Origin: Octopus bimaculoides
Taxonomy: Eukaryota
Length of the DNA: 47,900 nt
Assembly (NCBI RefSeq): GCF_001194135.2
Contig: NC_068982.1
Coordinates: 68,757,862-68,805,761, forward strand
Reading direction: 5' to 3'
Shown: positions 1-10,430 of the stretch, piece by piece
Position numbering within the stretch: position 1 is the stretch's first letter
Layout of the letters: every line of letters begins with the position of its first letter
Notes under the pieces: model-generated
Database searches by the model: none
Told to the model about the DNA's origin: nothing
The model's input: the letters and a program-made list of their open reading frames with translations, nothing else
Program-made: the position numbers and the translations under genes

Positions 1-200
1 AGTCGTGTGTCGATAAGCCAGCTGGAGGAGATGTCCTCCTGGGGCTAAAAGCAACAGTAACATCCACCCCTAGGGGTCAGCCACACTTAAGTGGCAATAT
101 ACTACACTTTATCGTGCAGTTACTGTTAATACTTCATTTAGAGAATTAACATTGCTTATATATATATATATATTTGTATAACAAAGCAGGAAAGTGAACA

Positions 201-471
201 TTTTTGGTATTATTTATTTTCCATTACACATGTTTCATTTGCTAATAGTTTTACATATTAGATAGACATGTAATTACCAAGTTTTACATATTAGACATGT
301 AAAGAATTTCCAATGAAAATTTCTTCAGACAGAAAAAAAAATTATAATGTAATTATGAAATTATAATCAGGATTTTTTTTCTCTGTCTAAAGCATTTCTC
401 ATAGGAAATTCCTTACATGTCTCTTATTACCAAATGAAACATGTGTAATGGAGAATAAATAATACCAAAAA
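201..471. mobile_element. Foldback/MITE-like long inverted repeat
   Basis: ttttggtattatttattttccattacacatgtttcatttg matches the reverse complement of caaatgaaacatgtgtaatggagaataaataataccaaaa. The inner arms also pair. Confidence 0.8.
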
Positions 472-954
472 ATTTCCAATTCCTTGTTTTGTTATACACT
501 AACTCTGCAAGTAATATTTCCATAATTCTCAATCTTAATATGTATTTTGACTAACATACAGCAACAATTTTGACTATATATTGGATTGTAATAATGGTGT
601 AAAAGGTTGATAGTTGCAATAGAGACATTAGTCTCTCTCTATCACCTTTCAACATAATTATATATTAAGAAACAGTAGAACAATTAACAACATAATAAAA
701 ATAAGTTTTATTTTTTTGATAATGCTTGGTTTTACAAATCCTGTGTCATTCAGCTTAGCATCTGCTGATTAATTTGTAATCAGTATTGGAAGGTTAAGAG
801 CTTCCTTGATGCATGCCAGAGGAGCAAGTAGCTATCACATCGAAGGCATCGTGGTGAAGAGTGCTTCATTGAGAAGCAAGGTGTTGTCACGTTGAAGGTA
901 TCGCGCTCAAGAGGCTTAGAAAGTGAAACAAACTCTTTAAGTACTAGTTTTACT

Positions 955-1052
955 ACGCATGTGCACTTGAGGGGCTTCCGGAAAGGCAAGTCCCTTGCGC
1001 ATGTGCAGATAGTACTTCCTCAATGGCGGCTATAATTTCACGCCACTACAAT
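955..1052. promoter_or_regulatory. CpG-containing island with promoter-like motifs (NRF1-like x2, ETS, YY1-like)
   Basis: acgcatgtgca 955-965, cttccggaa 975-983, tgcgcatgtgca 996-1007, atggcggc 1023-1030, actacaat 1045-1052. Confidence 0.35.
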
Positions 1053-1589
1053 GGAATAAGAAGATGCGCTTCAAGAGGAAATAGCTGGGGTTTACTCTAA
1101 CTATCTATAATATATATATATATGTATGTGTGTGTGTGTGATATTTAATGTATATGCACCGTTCATAGGCAAATTATTGCAGTATTTGTCCTGTGGTAAC
1201 ACCTTTTATGGACAAATGCTGTAGTAAAATGCCTTTCAATAGTGTATACACATTAAATATAATAGAAAGATGGCTATTTTAATATACTGCCTCAGTTGTG
1301 TATACCAGGTTGTTAAAAGTCGTTACAGCATTGGATAGAATGCTATGTGGTATTTGTTCCACGGTCCATGCTCTGAGTTCAAATCCCATCATAGTCAACT
1401 TTGTGTTTCCATTTTTTGCAGGTGACAAAGTACCTGCTCAGTGTTGGGGTCAATTCTTCTTCTTCTCTCTGTCTCTCGTTCTCTTTGGAAGAAATCAGCT
1501 ATGATCAGACTTACAGAGGGACTGGCTTCAACAAGTTTAATATGCCCAAGACATTACACTATGTTTATTAAGGGATGATGGTCCAATTA

Positions 1590-2501
1590 GTGTTATCCAT
1601 AGGGGTAGGCTCATGGTAATTTTTGTGTTTTTATATCTGTAGTAATTTTGTCTGGGTTTATCTTAGTTAATTTACCAATTTATGCTTTAGTAGGGTTTAA
1701 TAACCTACAGGTGTAATTATGGGTGAATTTTTGTTTGTGGTCTTCAAGTGTTTTGCAAGGTATATGAGTGTTTGGTGTTCAACTCTGCCATCTGTGTCTA
1801 ATCCAGTTGCTAATATTTTGGAGTGAGCTGGTGGAATTGTTAGCATGCTGGGCAGAATGCTTAGTAGCATTTTCTCTGTCTTTACTTTCTGAGTTCAAAT
1901 TCCGCCAAGACTGACTTTGCCTTTCATCCTTTTTTGGGGTTGATAAAATAAAGTGCCAGTTGAGTACTGGAGTCAATGTAATTGGCTTACGTCTCCCTTG
2001 AACTTGCTGGCCTTGTGCCAAAACTTGAAACCAATATTTTGTTCTTGATTTATTGAAATGAAAAATATCCTGATTAGTTTTTTGTTTTTACATGTATTTG
2101 TGATGCTGCTTGTCCGAGTGGAAGTTTTTGTATGTCTGATTGTCGGTTTCGTATGAGTTGTTTGGTTTGTCAGGTTGTAAGAAGTGTGCTTTTGAAGTGT
2201 TTGAATTTGTTTTAGTATTACTCTTGAGAGTTTGTTGGAAGCTGCTAGTATAAGTTTTATTAAATCTTACCCTGTTTATTAGGTTGAAGAGATTGGATTC
2301 GAACTGGTCCAGTAGTTTGGTAGTTTGTTGCTGGGAGCATTAGCATATCTTGAAGCCATTGTTGTTTTCAAGGGTAGGTTCAAGTTATCTTTTTCAAAGA
2401 ATAACACTTTCTGCCTCATTCTTTAGATGAGACACTTTGTGTATGTTTTATTTGTTGGAATGTGTTTTCTTAGTTGATGATCCAGTCAAATATTGTTTCA
2501 T
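1590..2501 (-). mobile_element. Decayed Penelope-like element (probably Naiad-type), N-terminal/RT-proximal ORF fragment
   Basis: Minus-strand translation, with stops and frameshifts, gives STK-IPTNKTYTKCLI*RMRQKVLFFEK, GFK...LDQFESNLFNLINRVRFNK..SSFQQTLK and TLEDHKQKFTHNYTCRLLNPTKA*IGK. These match the KNIPIP/RMRWKA/TLKDHK..CRLINP motifs I recall for invertebrate PLEs. Confidence 0.75.
1821..2032 (+). mobile_element. tRNA-derived SINE (family D) inserted in the PLE ORF
   Basis: Flanked by the direct repeat aatattttg (1812-1820 and 2033-2041). Related copies at 27321-27508, 27529-27722, 43400-43610 and about 1320-1460. Confidence 0.75.
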
Positions 2502-2732
2502 GATTCGACTACCATTCTGCTAGGTTGCAGAGAGTGTTCAATGGAGGATAGTATATAATGGATGATTGTATCAGAACGGTGTGAGGTAGTCATGTAACTC
2601 CTCTACAGCAAGAAATCTTATTCTGCTCTGACTCCTTTCTGTCATACTTTAACTCTTCATCTACCATAAAGCTCCATCCCCTTGGGGTTCATGGTCTTGC
2701 AAGCTACATGTGACTTCACTAATACTGAAGCC

Positions 2733-2810
2733 ACACACACACATGCACACATGCATGTATGCACATGCATGCATGCACATGCACACATGCATGCACATGC
2801 ACACATGCAT

Positions 2811-2900
<90 letters not shown>
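2733..2900. repeat. (CA)n and (CATG/CA) compound microsatellite
   Basis: Seen directly. It is the source of several spurious HT/CV ORFs. Confidence 0.95.
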
Positions 2901-2903
<3 letters not shown>

Positions 2904-3251
2904 CACTCAGTACACACAGTAAAGTGGTTGACATTAGGAAGGAGATCCAGCCATAGAAACCATACCAAGGCTGACACTGGAGCATGATACAGTCCTTGGA
3001 CTAACTGGATTTTGTTAAACCATTAACCTATGTCAGCATGGAACATTGATGTTAATGATGATGATGATGATGAAAATAGATATAAAGATAAAGATCCTTC
3101 ATGAGTCATATAGATTCATAGGGCCATTTTCCTGATTCCCATGGTGTATACATTCCCCACCTGGATGGGAAGCCAGGTCATTGCAGGATGATGAAAATAA
3201 TACTTTTTTAATAGATAGGGCTAACTTTTTATTCAAATCTGAGTTTGTGTG

Positions 3252-3293
3252 AGTAGCTAATCAGAGTTTCTCATTCCTAATCATCAGACAATT
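3252..3293 (-). ncRNA. Degenerate minimal hammerhead ribozyme motif (PLE pLTR-type)
   Basis: Minus strand: aattgt CTGATGA tta-ggaa-tga GAAA ctctga tta gctact. The core is intact and stem II has 3 bp with a GNRA loop. Stems I and III carry mismatches. Confidence 0.45.
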
Positions 3294-3331
3294 CTTGATG
3301 TGATATTTAATGTATTCTTATTCACACATCA

Positions 3332-3712
3332 GTGGAGGCGCAATGGCCCAGTGGTTAGGGCAGTGAACTCTCAGTCATAGGATCGCGGTTTCAATTCCCA
3401 GACTGGGCGTTGTGAGTGTTTATTGAGGGAAAACACCTAAAGCTCCGCCAGGCTCCGGCAAGGGATGGTGGCGAACCCTACAGTACTCTTTCACCACAAC
3501 TTTCTCTCACTCTTACTTTCTGTTTCTGTTGTACCTGTAATTCAAAGGGTCAGCCTTGTCACACTGTGTCACACTGAATATCTCCGAGAACTACGTTAAG
3601 GGTACACGTGTCTGTGGAGTGCTCAGCCACTTGCACGTTAATTTCACGAGCAGGCTGTTTCGTTGATCAGATCAACTGGAACTCTCGACATTGTAAGCGA
3701 CGGAGTGCCAAC
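3332..3712 (+). mobile_element. tRNA-derived SINE (family A), full length with TSD
   Basis: A box tggcccagtgg, B box ggtttcaattcc, 3' end ggagtgccaac. TSD attcacacatcagt at 3320-3333 and 3713-3726. Confidence 0.9.
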
Positions 3713-4122
3713 ATTCACACATCAGTTGTGTGTGTTTTAGTTATGCTGTAGTATCATCATTATTTCAACTTGCACTTTTACATGCTTTGCATAGACATGT
3801 TTTTCAAGGAAGACTGGAAATGACAACCTCAGTTGTATGACAACAATGCTCATATACAGCCATCGCATGAGGTCTAGAGAAGGGATGCACATATTAGACT
3901 TGTTGAGGTAGATTTTTCTTGGGCTCTTCCTATCACCACTCCCACCTGATTCCAAGCAAGGTAATGGTCCTCCTAGTCTTTTGAATAACAAACAGCTCAA
4001 TGGGTGGACATGTTTGTGAGGAAGTTTGTAAACAAAAGAGATATCTTTTGTATGAACAGTGACTTGGCTTTCAGTTAGGATAAGGCAACACAAGTACATG
4101 CACACACAGTCACAGTCATATG

Positions 4123-4156
<34 letters not shown>

Positions 4157-4186
4157 TGCAAATCTATATATCTCTTTTTTTATTAT

Positions 4187-4588
4187 TCTTTTTATTTGTT
4201 TCAGTCATTTGACTGCAGCAGTGCTGGAGCACCGCCTTTAGTCAAACAAATCGACCCCAGGATTTATTCTTTGTAAGCCTAGTACTTATTCTATCAGTCT
4301 CTTTTGCCAAACCACTAAGTTATGGGAACATAAACTCATCAGAATTGGTTGTCAAGTGATGGTGGTGGTGGGGGAAATACAGACACACAGACACACACAT
4401 ACACACACACATTATATATACAATGGGCTTCTTTCCAGTTTCTGTCTACCAAATCCATTTGCAAGGTTTTGGTCAGTCCAAGGCTATAGTAGAAGACACT
4501 TGCCCAAGGTGCCACACACTGGGACTGAACCCGGAACCATGTGGTTGGTAAGCAAGCTACTTACCACACAGCCACTCCTGTGCCTATA
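4187..4588 (-). mobile_element. tRNA-derived SINE with internal (TG)/(TA) microsatellite (family C)
   Basis: Head gtggtaag..cttgct..caaccacatggttccgggttcagtccc and tail gactgaaacaa.taaaaga. More copies or fragments at about 6590, 8925, 11264-11681, 12840, 13601, 16090, 18255, 19320, 22060, 22650, 24200, 28445-28947, 32270-32970 and 34606-34989. Confidence 0.88.
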
Positions 4589-5254
4589 TTTACCAATTTT
4601 ATTTAGAAGGTATTGGCCATTCTGTAGTTATAGTAAAAACACCAGCTGATAGTGTATATATAGATATGTATGTAGATTAAACACACACACACACACACAC
4701 TTAGTGGTTTGGAAAAAGAGAGCAATAAAATAAGTGTCAGGTTTACAAAAGAATAGGTACTGGGGTTAATTCATTTGACTAAAAAATTCTCTAAGGCAGT
4801 GCTCCAGCATGGCTGTAGTCCAATAACTGAAGCAGGTATAAGGTAAAAAAAGATAAAATCATGTCTATAAGATCACTACAAAACACCATCTGAACTCACA
4901 CTCCCTATTAATTGTACCCACCATTGCACACATATAAATGCATCATCAGTATTTTATTCCTGCTTTCCATGCTGGCATGGGTTATGGGAATTGTTTTGGT
5001 CTATGCCTGTTCTTATTGTTTCACAGTTGAAAACTTGAAGTAAATATTTTGCCCCTTTGAATATTCCGGTGGATGGAATTTTAGGTTCTGTGTGTGTGTA
5101 TGCATGTGTGTGAGTGTATGTATGTACTTAGGTTTTGTATTAATAGAAATATTTACTAGATATTCTTTGACTGGTTTCTGCCAGTTCAGTGTGTGGGTTC
5201 ATTTCATCTCCACCATTCCTGATAGCCTGTTTTATATTCTCCTTGCATCTCACC

Positions 5255-5700
5255 TTAAACCCTTTAGTGTATAAACCAGCCATATCCGGCCTAAATATTC
5301 TATCCACTTTGTGTTCAAACCTGCCAGATCTGGTCTCTCATACATATCCTACAAAGTCATTGTAAAAATGAATTATCATGTCATCAAAATCTCAAAGCTA
5401 TGAGATGATTAATTCAAAACAACATGATTAACCCTTTTGTTACCAACCTGGCTGAAACCAGCTCTGACTCTGAGTACAAATGTCTTGTTTTCATAAGTTT
5501 TGAATTAAAATCTTTCACCAAACCTTAGTCACAATTTATGTTCCTAACACTAGTTGAATGATAACTAAGTTATTTTACTAAATTCTTTATTATATTTAAA
5601 GTAATTGAAAGAAACACTGAGCATCTCAAAATAAATATAGTAACGAAAGGGTTAAATAAGCATTACATTTGACTGAGTAATCTGAATGCTAAAAGGTTAA
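5255..5700. mobile_element. piggyBac-type MITE (family 2), interrupted by a nested family 1 MITE
   Basis: Ends ccctttag...ctaaaaggttaa. It is the reverse-orientation homolog of 5797-6024. Confidence 0.75.
5428..5655. mobile_element. piggyBac-type MITE (family 1), TTAA-flanked
   Basis: ttaacccttttgttac (5428-5443) versus gtaacgaaagggttaa (5640-5655): a 15/16 inverted match including TTAA. Confidence 0.88.
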
Positions 5701-5796
5701 ATCTTTTAAACAACTTTACCTTTTACCTTATTCCCACAAATGCTATCACTATTGCATCACAGATTCTTATGGATGTTGATAAAGTAAATAATGTGT

Positions 5797-6024
5797 TTAA
5801 CCCTTTAACATTCAGATTACTTTGTCAAATGTAATGCTTATTATTTCACACTGTTTTGAATTAATCAGGTGTTATTTTGTAGCTTTGGGATTTTGATGAT
5901 ATGATTGTATATTTTTAGAATGAGATTGTAGGGTAGGTGTGAGAGATGGGATCTGACTGATTTCAGCATAAAACAGATAGAATATTAGGGCTGGATATGA
6001 CCAGTTTAAATGCTAAAGGGTTAA
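5797..6024. mobile_element. piggyBac-type MITE (family 2), TTAA-flanked
   Basis: TTAA-ccctttaacatt ... aatgctaaaggg-TTAA (11/12 TIR match). Ends 27 nt before the exon at 6052. Confidence 0.88.
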
Positions 6025-6051
6025 ATATTTTTTTTAAAATTATTTTTACAG

Positions 6052-6267
6052 AGGACAAGCAACCATCTTTACATACGGTCAGACTGGAGCTGGTAAGACA
6101 TTTACAATGATGGGTTCTGAAGACATCCCAGGTTTATATCTATTAGCAGCAACAGATATTTTCTCTGTTATCAACAACAACACTTATGGTAGTGGGTTCC
6201 ATGTGTGGCTGAGTTATTATGAAATTTATTGCAGTCAACTCTTTGATCTTCTTAATGGAAGAAAACG
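6052..6267 (+). CDS. KIF24: Kinesin-13 motor exon with P-loop (GQATIFTYGQTGAGKTFTMMG...YEIYCSQLFDLLNGRKR)
   Basis: Acceptor ttttacag ends at 6051 and donor gtgagg starts at 6268. 216 nt, open frame, Walker A motif. Confidence 0.96.
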
Positions 6268-6355
6268 GTGAGGACAAAGAAACATTATATACTCATGCCT
6301 TTCTGATTTATTTTTTTAATATTATGATTGTCTTACAAGATGTTTTGCAGTTGGC

Positions 6356-6642
6356 TTGAACCTGAAATCATGTGATTAGGATGCAAGCTTCTTACTACAC
6401 AACTTTTTTAAGGATCCAAAACTGCCTGAGATATTTGTGCTGTGTACAGAGGTGTTGTTACTGAAAGGACTGCACAGAAGTGGTTTCACGCTTCAAGGAG
6501 AAGCATGAAATGACTTCTGTGCAGTCCTTTCAGTAATAATACCTCTGTACCCAGCACAAATACCTCGAGTGACTTTGGAACATCGAAAAAGTTGTGTGTG
6601 TGGTAAAAAGTTTGCATCCTAATCAGATGGTCTCTGGTTCAG
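6356..6642. repeat. Long imperfect inverted repeat (about 140-nt arms, 7-nt loop) including two inverted SINE heads
   Basis: Core arms 6433-6493 and 6501-6561 pair with about 6 mismatches in 61 nt. Pairing continues outward into the SINE C heads. Confidence 0.9.
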
Positions 6643-6716
6643 TCCAACTGTAAGACATCTTGGGCAAGTATCTTCTGCTATAGCCTTGTGCTGACTAATG
6701 TGTTGTAAATGGATTT

Positions 6717-7217
6717 GGTGCCCCAGAATTAATTATCTGTTTCAATGAAATTGGACAATTTTATGTTTATTATGTTTAATATATGTTAAAGGTGTATAAA
6801 TTTTTAATTTTGTTTATAATCTTATAATTTTTATTATTTAAAAAAAAATTTTTCATTCCTGTTGGATTTTGTTTATCTGCCCATGACAGCTTCTTTTGAA
6901 TTTGGCTGTAATCATTTTCTCTACCTCCATCTCCAGAATGCAGCAATGGTTTAGCTGAACTTAAAGAATGCATTCAGTTAACAGTGCAGGAGATAACTCC
7001 TGAAATGCTTCAAAATATGTTTCACAATGCTAAGGATAGGTTTGAAATTTGCAGGGACACAGAAAGAACACATGTTGAAAATTTTCAATAAAATTTTGAC
7101 ATAAGATTTATAAATCTATGTGTTTTGGTATCATAATTAAGTAGTAAACATAATATTCTATCAGTTTTTTAAAATTTGCCTGATTTCATTGAAATAGACA
7201 GTTAATTCTGGGACACC
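6717..7217 (+). mobile_element. Internally deleted Tc1/mariner-superfamily DNA transposon
   Basis: About 35-nt TIRs (ggtgccccagaattaattatctgtttcaatgaaat and its inverse at about 7183-7217). Transposase C-terminal remnant ELKECIQLTVQEITPEMLQNMFHNAKDRFEICRDTERTHVENFQ* at 6957-7091. Confidence 0.75.
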
Positions 7218-7282
7218 TTGAATGTATGTATGTATATAAATCAATTAAATCGATGATTCTGAAAAATCAAATGAGCTGATCT

Positions 7283-7884
7283 GGCCATATTGTTTGAATG
7301 GTGGATGAACACACACCCAAACTGCTGTTTTATGGTGAGCTTGCAGAGGGGAAGCGCAATCGGTGTAAACCTAAAAAGAGGTTTAAGGACGGTATAAGGA
7401 CTACGATGAAGTCACTTGGAATGGATCTAAAAGCAATAGAAACCCTTGCTTTGGATTGAGATGGATGGTAAACAAAAGTGTGGAGTGGAGCGAAAGCTTT
7501 TGAGGAGGCCAGGATGACACATGCAAGACTCAAGAGAGATTTAAAGAAGAATGTTGTGATTGAGAAGATGAATCTCAGTGACCTTTTTGTGACAGACCAT
7601 GCCTTTCTTTTGCTGGGCTCAAATCTCATTTGTGGACCCATGAAAAACGAACCTCCACCAATTACTTTGCCTATATATATGTGCACACCTTTCAATGCCA
7701 TGTATGCCATAAGGTCTGCAAATCTAACAAAGGCCTCAAAAGACATTTTAAGATCCACAAAGATGAGAACTTAACTGCAGCTTTTGGTGGTCTAAATCAG
7801 ATATGCAATCTATGTGGGTGTCTTTTCAATACAATGTCTGGTTTAAAAAGCCACCTCAGATGTAATGATGGATCTAAGGTGTAA
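7283..7884 (+). mobile_element. Decayed RTE-clade LINE ORF C-terminus with two C2H2 zinc fingers
   Basis: GHIV*M.DEHTPKLLFYGELAEGKRNRCKPKKRFKD...LALD*DGW* followed by CHVCHKVCKSNKGLKRHFKIH and CNLCGCLFNTMSGLKSHLR. Confidence 0.8.
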
Positions 7885-7942
7885 GTACAAGAGGTGGTCA
7901 GACACTGCATGAGGAGTAGACAACCACCATGTATTTATGTAC

Positions 7943-7973
<31 letters not shown>

Positions 7974-8620
7974 TATATATGTATGTATGTATGTATTTGT
8001 GCTTTGTTTGTGTGTGTGTGTTACTGTCTCTTTGCCATGACATGTGATAGTTGTAAGTGAGTGTCACCATCATCCAAGTGGTGTTCTTCATTCTCACTCT
8101 ACAGAAAAAAAAAACCTGTTTGGTCATGGGGAAATATTAGTTTACTTGGAAACAGGTGAGTGTTAATGACAGCAAGGGCATGCAGTCATAGAATGTCCCT
8201 CTCAACAAAGTCTACCTGACCCATATGAGCATGGAAAAGTGGACATTAAAACAATGATAATGTTGATGATGATGATGATGATGATGTTTGAAAATGCAAA
8301 GTTTTTTAGATTTATAATAAAATTATTATCTTGATTTGCAAATTTGTCAACAAATTGGTAATTACTGAAGTTTATCAGGGATGGTCATTTCAAGTTTAAA
8401 ATTTCTAATTGATAAACTTTTGGTAGCTGTTATAAAACCTAAATAAATTTTGGTTTAAAATTTGGTTTACTTCACGGCTTCAGTTCGTGAAAATATTTTA
8501 GTTTTAGTCATTTAAATTAGGAAGACTATTCCAGTCAAAGATTTGATCCCCGTGGATGATGAGCTGTGATAGTTAGGTACAGGAATAGTTGTGTAGTAAA
8601 GAAGTATATTTTTCAACCAT

Positions 8621-8905
8621 GCTTTTATGTGCCACCAGCATAGGTGCCATTTGCATGACACCAGTATCTGTCGCAGTTGTGGCCGATATTAGTGTCATGC
8701 AAATGGCACCCATGCTTGTGGCACATAAAAGCACCCATTACACTCTCAGAGTGGTTGATGTTAGGAAGGGCACCCAGCTGTAGAAAACCATGCCAAATCA
8801 GACTGGAGTCTGGTGCAGCCTTCCTGCTGACTAACCCTGGTCAAACCTTCCAACCCATGCCAACATGGACAATGGATATCAAATGATGATGATGATAATG
8901 ATGAT
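8621..8905 (+). mobile_element. RTE 3'-UTR-derived segment with (GAT)n tail and a 5' inverted duplication
   Basis: Shares gttaggaagggca.ccagctgtagaa...catgccaacatgga...(gat)n with other copies. 41-nt inverted arms at 8621-8661 and 8692-8732. Confidence 0.75.
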
Positions 8906-9319
8906 GCTTTCAGGTTCAGTCCCACATGCATCTTGAGCATGTGTCTTCTACTATAACCTCCAGACCAACAAAATCTTTTTGAGTGGATTTGGTAGACAGA
9001 AGCTGAAAGAAGCTTGTCAGCATATGTATGTGTGTGTGTGTGTGTGCACATGTGTGCATGCGCATGCACACATGCATGTGCATATGTATGCACAAACATT
9101 CACTACTGTCAACTTCCCTTTCTTCAATGGTTACTGTTGTGTTTCCTCTCTACTCCTGCCATTTAATCAAGACCTGTTGGTAGATATATTTATCCTTTTG
9201 CTGATACCTGGACCTAGTGGTTTAGTGACTGAAACTAATAGTAATTCATTATGTGAAAATATCTGGGCATATGTAAGAGCCTTTGGTGTACCATCAAACA
9301 TTCACACAAACTTTCTTCC

Positions 9320-10430
9320 TTTCAGGTGCTGAAAATGCACCCTAAGCTACCCACCCACTCTTCCTATCAAGTCCACAACTTTAGAGCTGCCACAATCAAT
9401 GTAGGCACAATGAAAGGTAGGTTCATAGAGATTGTTGAAATGTTAGAGTGAAGGTGTGAAGATGTGTGCTGTATGCAAGAGACAAGATGGAGAGGAGCCT
9501 CAGTTACACTCCTCATGGCCAAAGAACAAAGGTAAAAATTCTTCTGAGTAGGAAACAGTGATGATGTGGGTGAAGTAGGCAGACTAATAGTAGATAAATG
9601 AAGTATTTGAGGTAATAAAAATGTGTAGCAGGGTATTTAGGCTGAGACTAACTTTGGATAATATAATAGCAACATTTATCTCTGCATATGCTCCACAGTC
9701 TGGACTAGTAGATGAACAGAAAGATCAATTTTATGAAGCCCTCATGCAGACTACTGAGGAATGAACATGACCTTAACATTGTGCCTGGTTATTTCAACAA
9801 ACATGTAGAGCATCCCTTGTTGTGTAAATAGAGGTTTAGCTTTATTTCAAGAAAGAAAGCGGGAACAAAGTTCCTGGAGTTCTGTGACACCAGTTGCTTG
9901 ATAATTTGTAATGCTAACTTCAAGAAACTGGTCAACCAGCCAGTCAGCCAGCCTTTTTCTTGATAACTTACTAATCTGGTGAACATATAGGCCTTTCCTA
10001 TTGGTCTTTTCTAAGTGAAGAATAATTACTAACATTGGTTAGTGATTATTCTAGTTAAAGCTAGAGACATAAAACTATTTGTAGAAGGAAGATATGGAAG
10101 TTTAAAGATCCATCAAACAATTGGATAACTAGAGAAGTACTTAAAGCTTTCGAAGAACACAAGACAGAAACTTTTAGCATAGAAAAGAGTTGGAGATCAA
10201 ACTTGCAGCTGGTGTAAAGTTTGCACCAGATTGATGATGAAGAGGTGAAATGGAGACATAAAAGTAGAGACAGGCTTGAAAAGACTGAAGGAAAGAGGGC
10301 AGCAGAGAACTGTACCGAGCAACTAGAAAAGCTAGATGACAGGTGTACTTAGCAAGAGGAAAAGCAAAGTTCAATGAAGTTTACCAATGTTCTATGGCAT
10401 GAGGATCATAGGTTTGAGGTGTTCCAAATG
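9320..10430 (+). mobile_element. Decayed RTE LINE apurinic endonuclease region
   Basis: FRAATINVGTMKGR...VCCMQETRWRG, ISAYAPQSGLVDEQKDQFYE and GTKFLEFCD...IICNANFKK, with many stops. Confidence 0.85.

Noticed and set aside
780-989. 69-aa minus ORF as a gene
   Set aside because: No recognisable domain or splice context. Retained only as part of the island finding.
1023-1100. Micro-ORF MAAIISRHYNGIRRCASRGNSWGLL as an alternative KIF24 first exon
   Set aside because: Its only GT (g|gtttac) is weak and phase 1, while the exon at 6052 needs phase 2.
1590-2501. Selenocysteine read-through in the PLE ORF (reported for some Naiad elements)
   Set aside because: The in-frame stops I read are mostly TAA with frameshifts, which indicates decay. 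I found no convincing SECIS.
1-6051. Upstream kinesin-13 exons (neck, KVD loop, FDxVF)
   Set aside because: No segment with these motifs and splice sites was found. They probably lie before the window.
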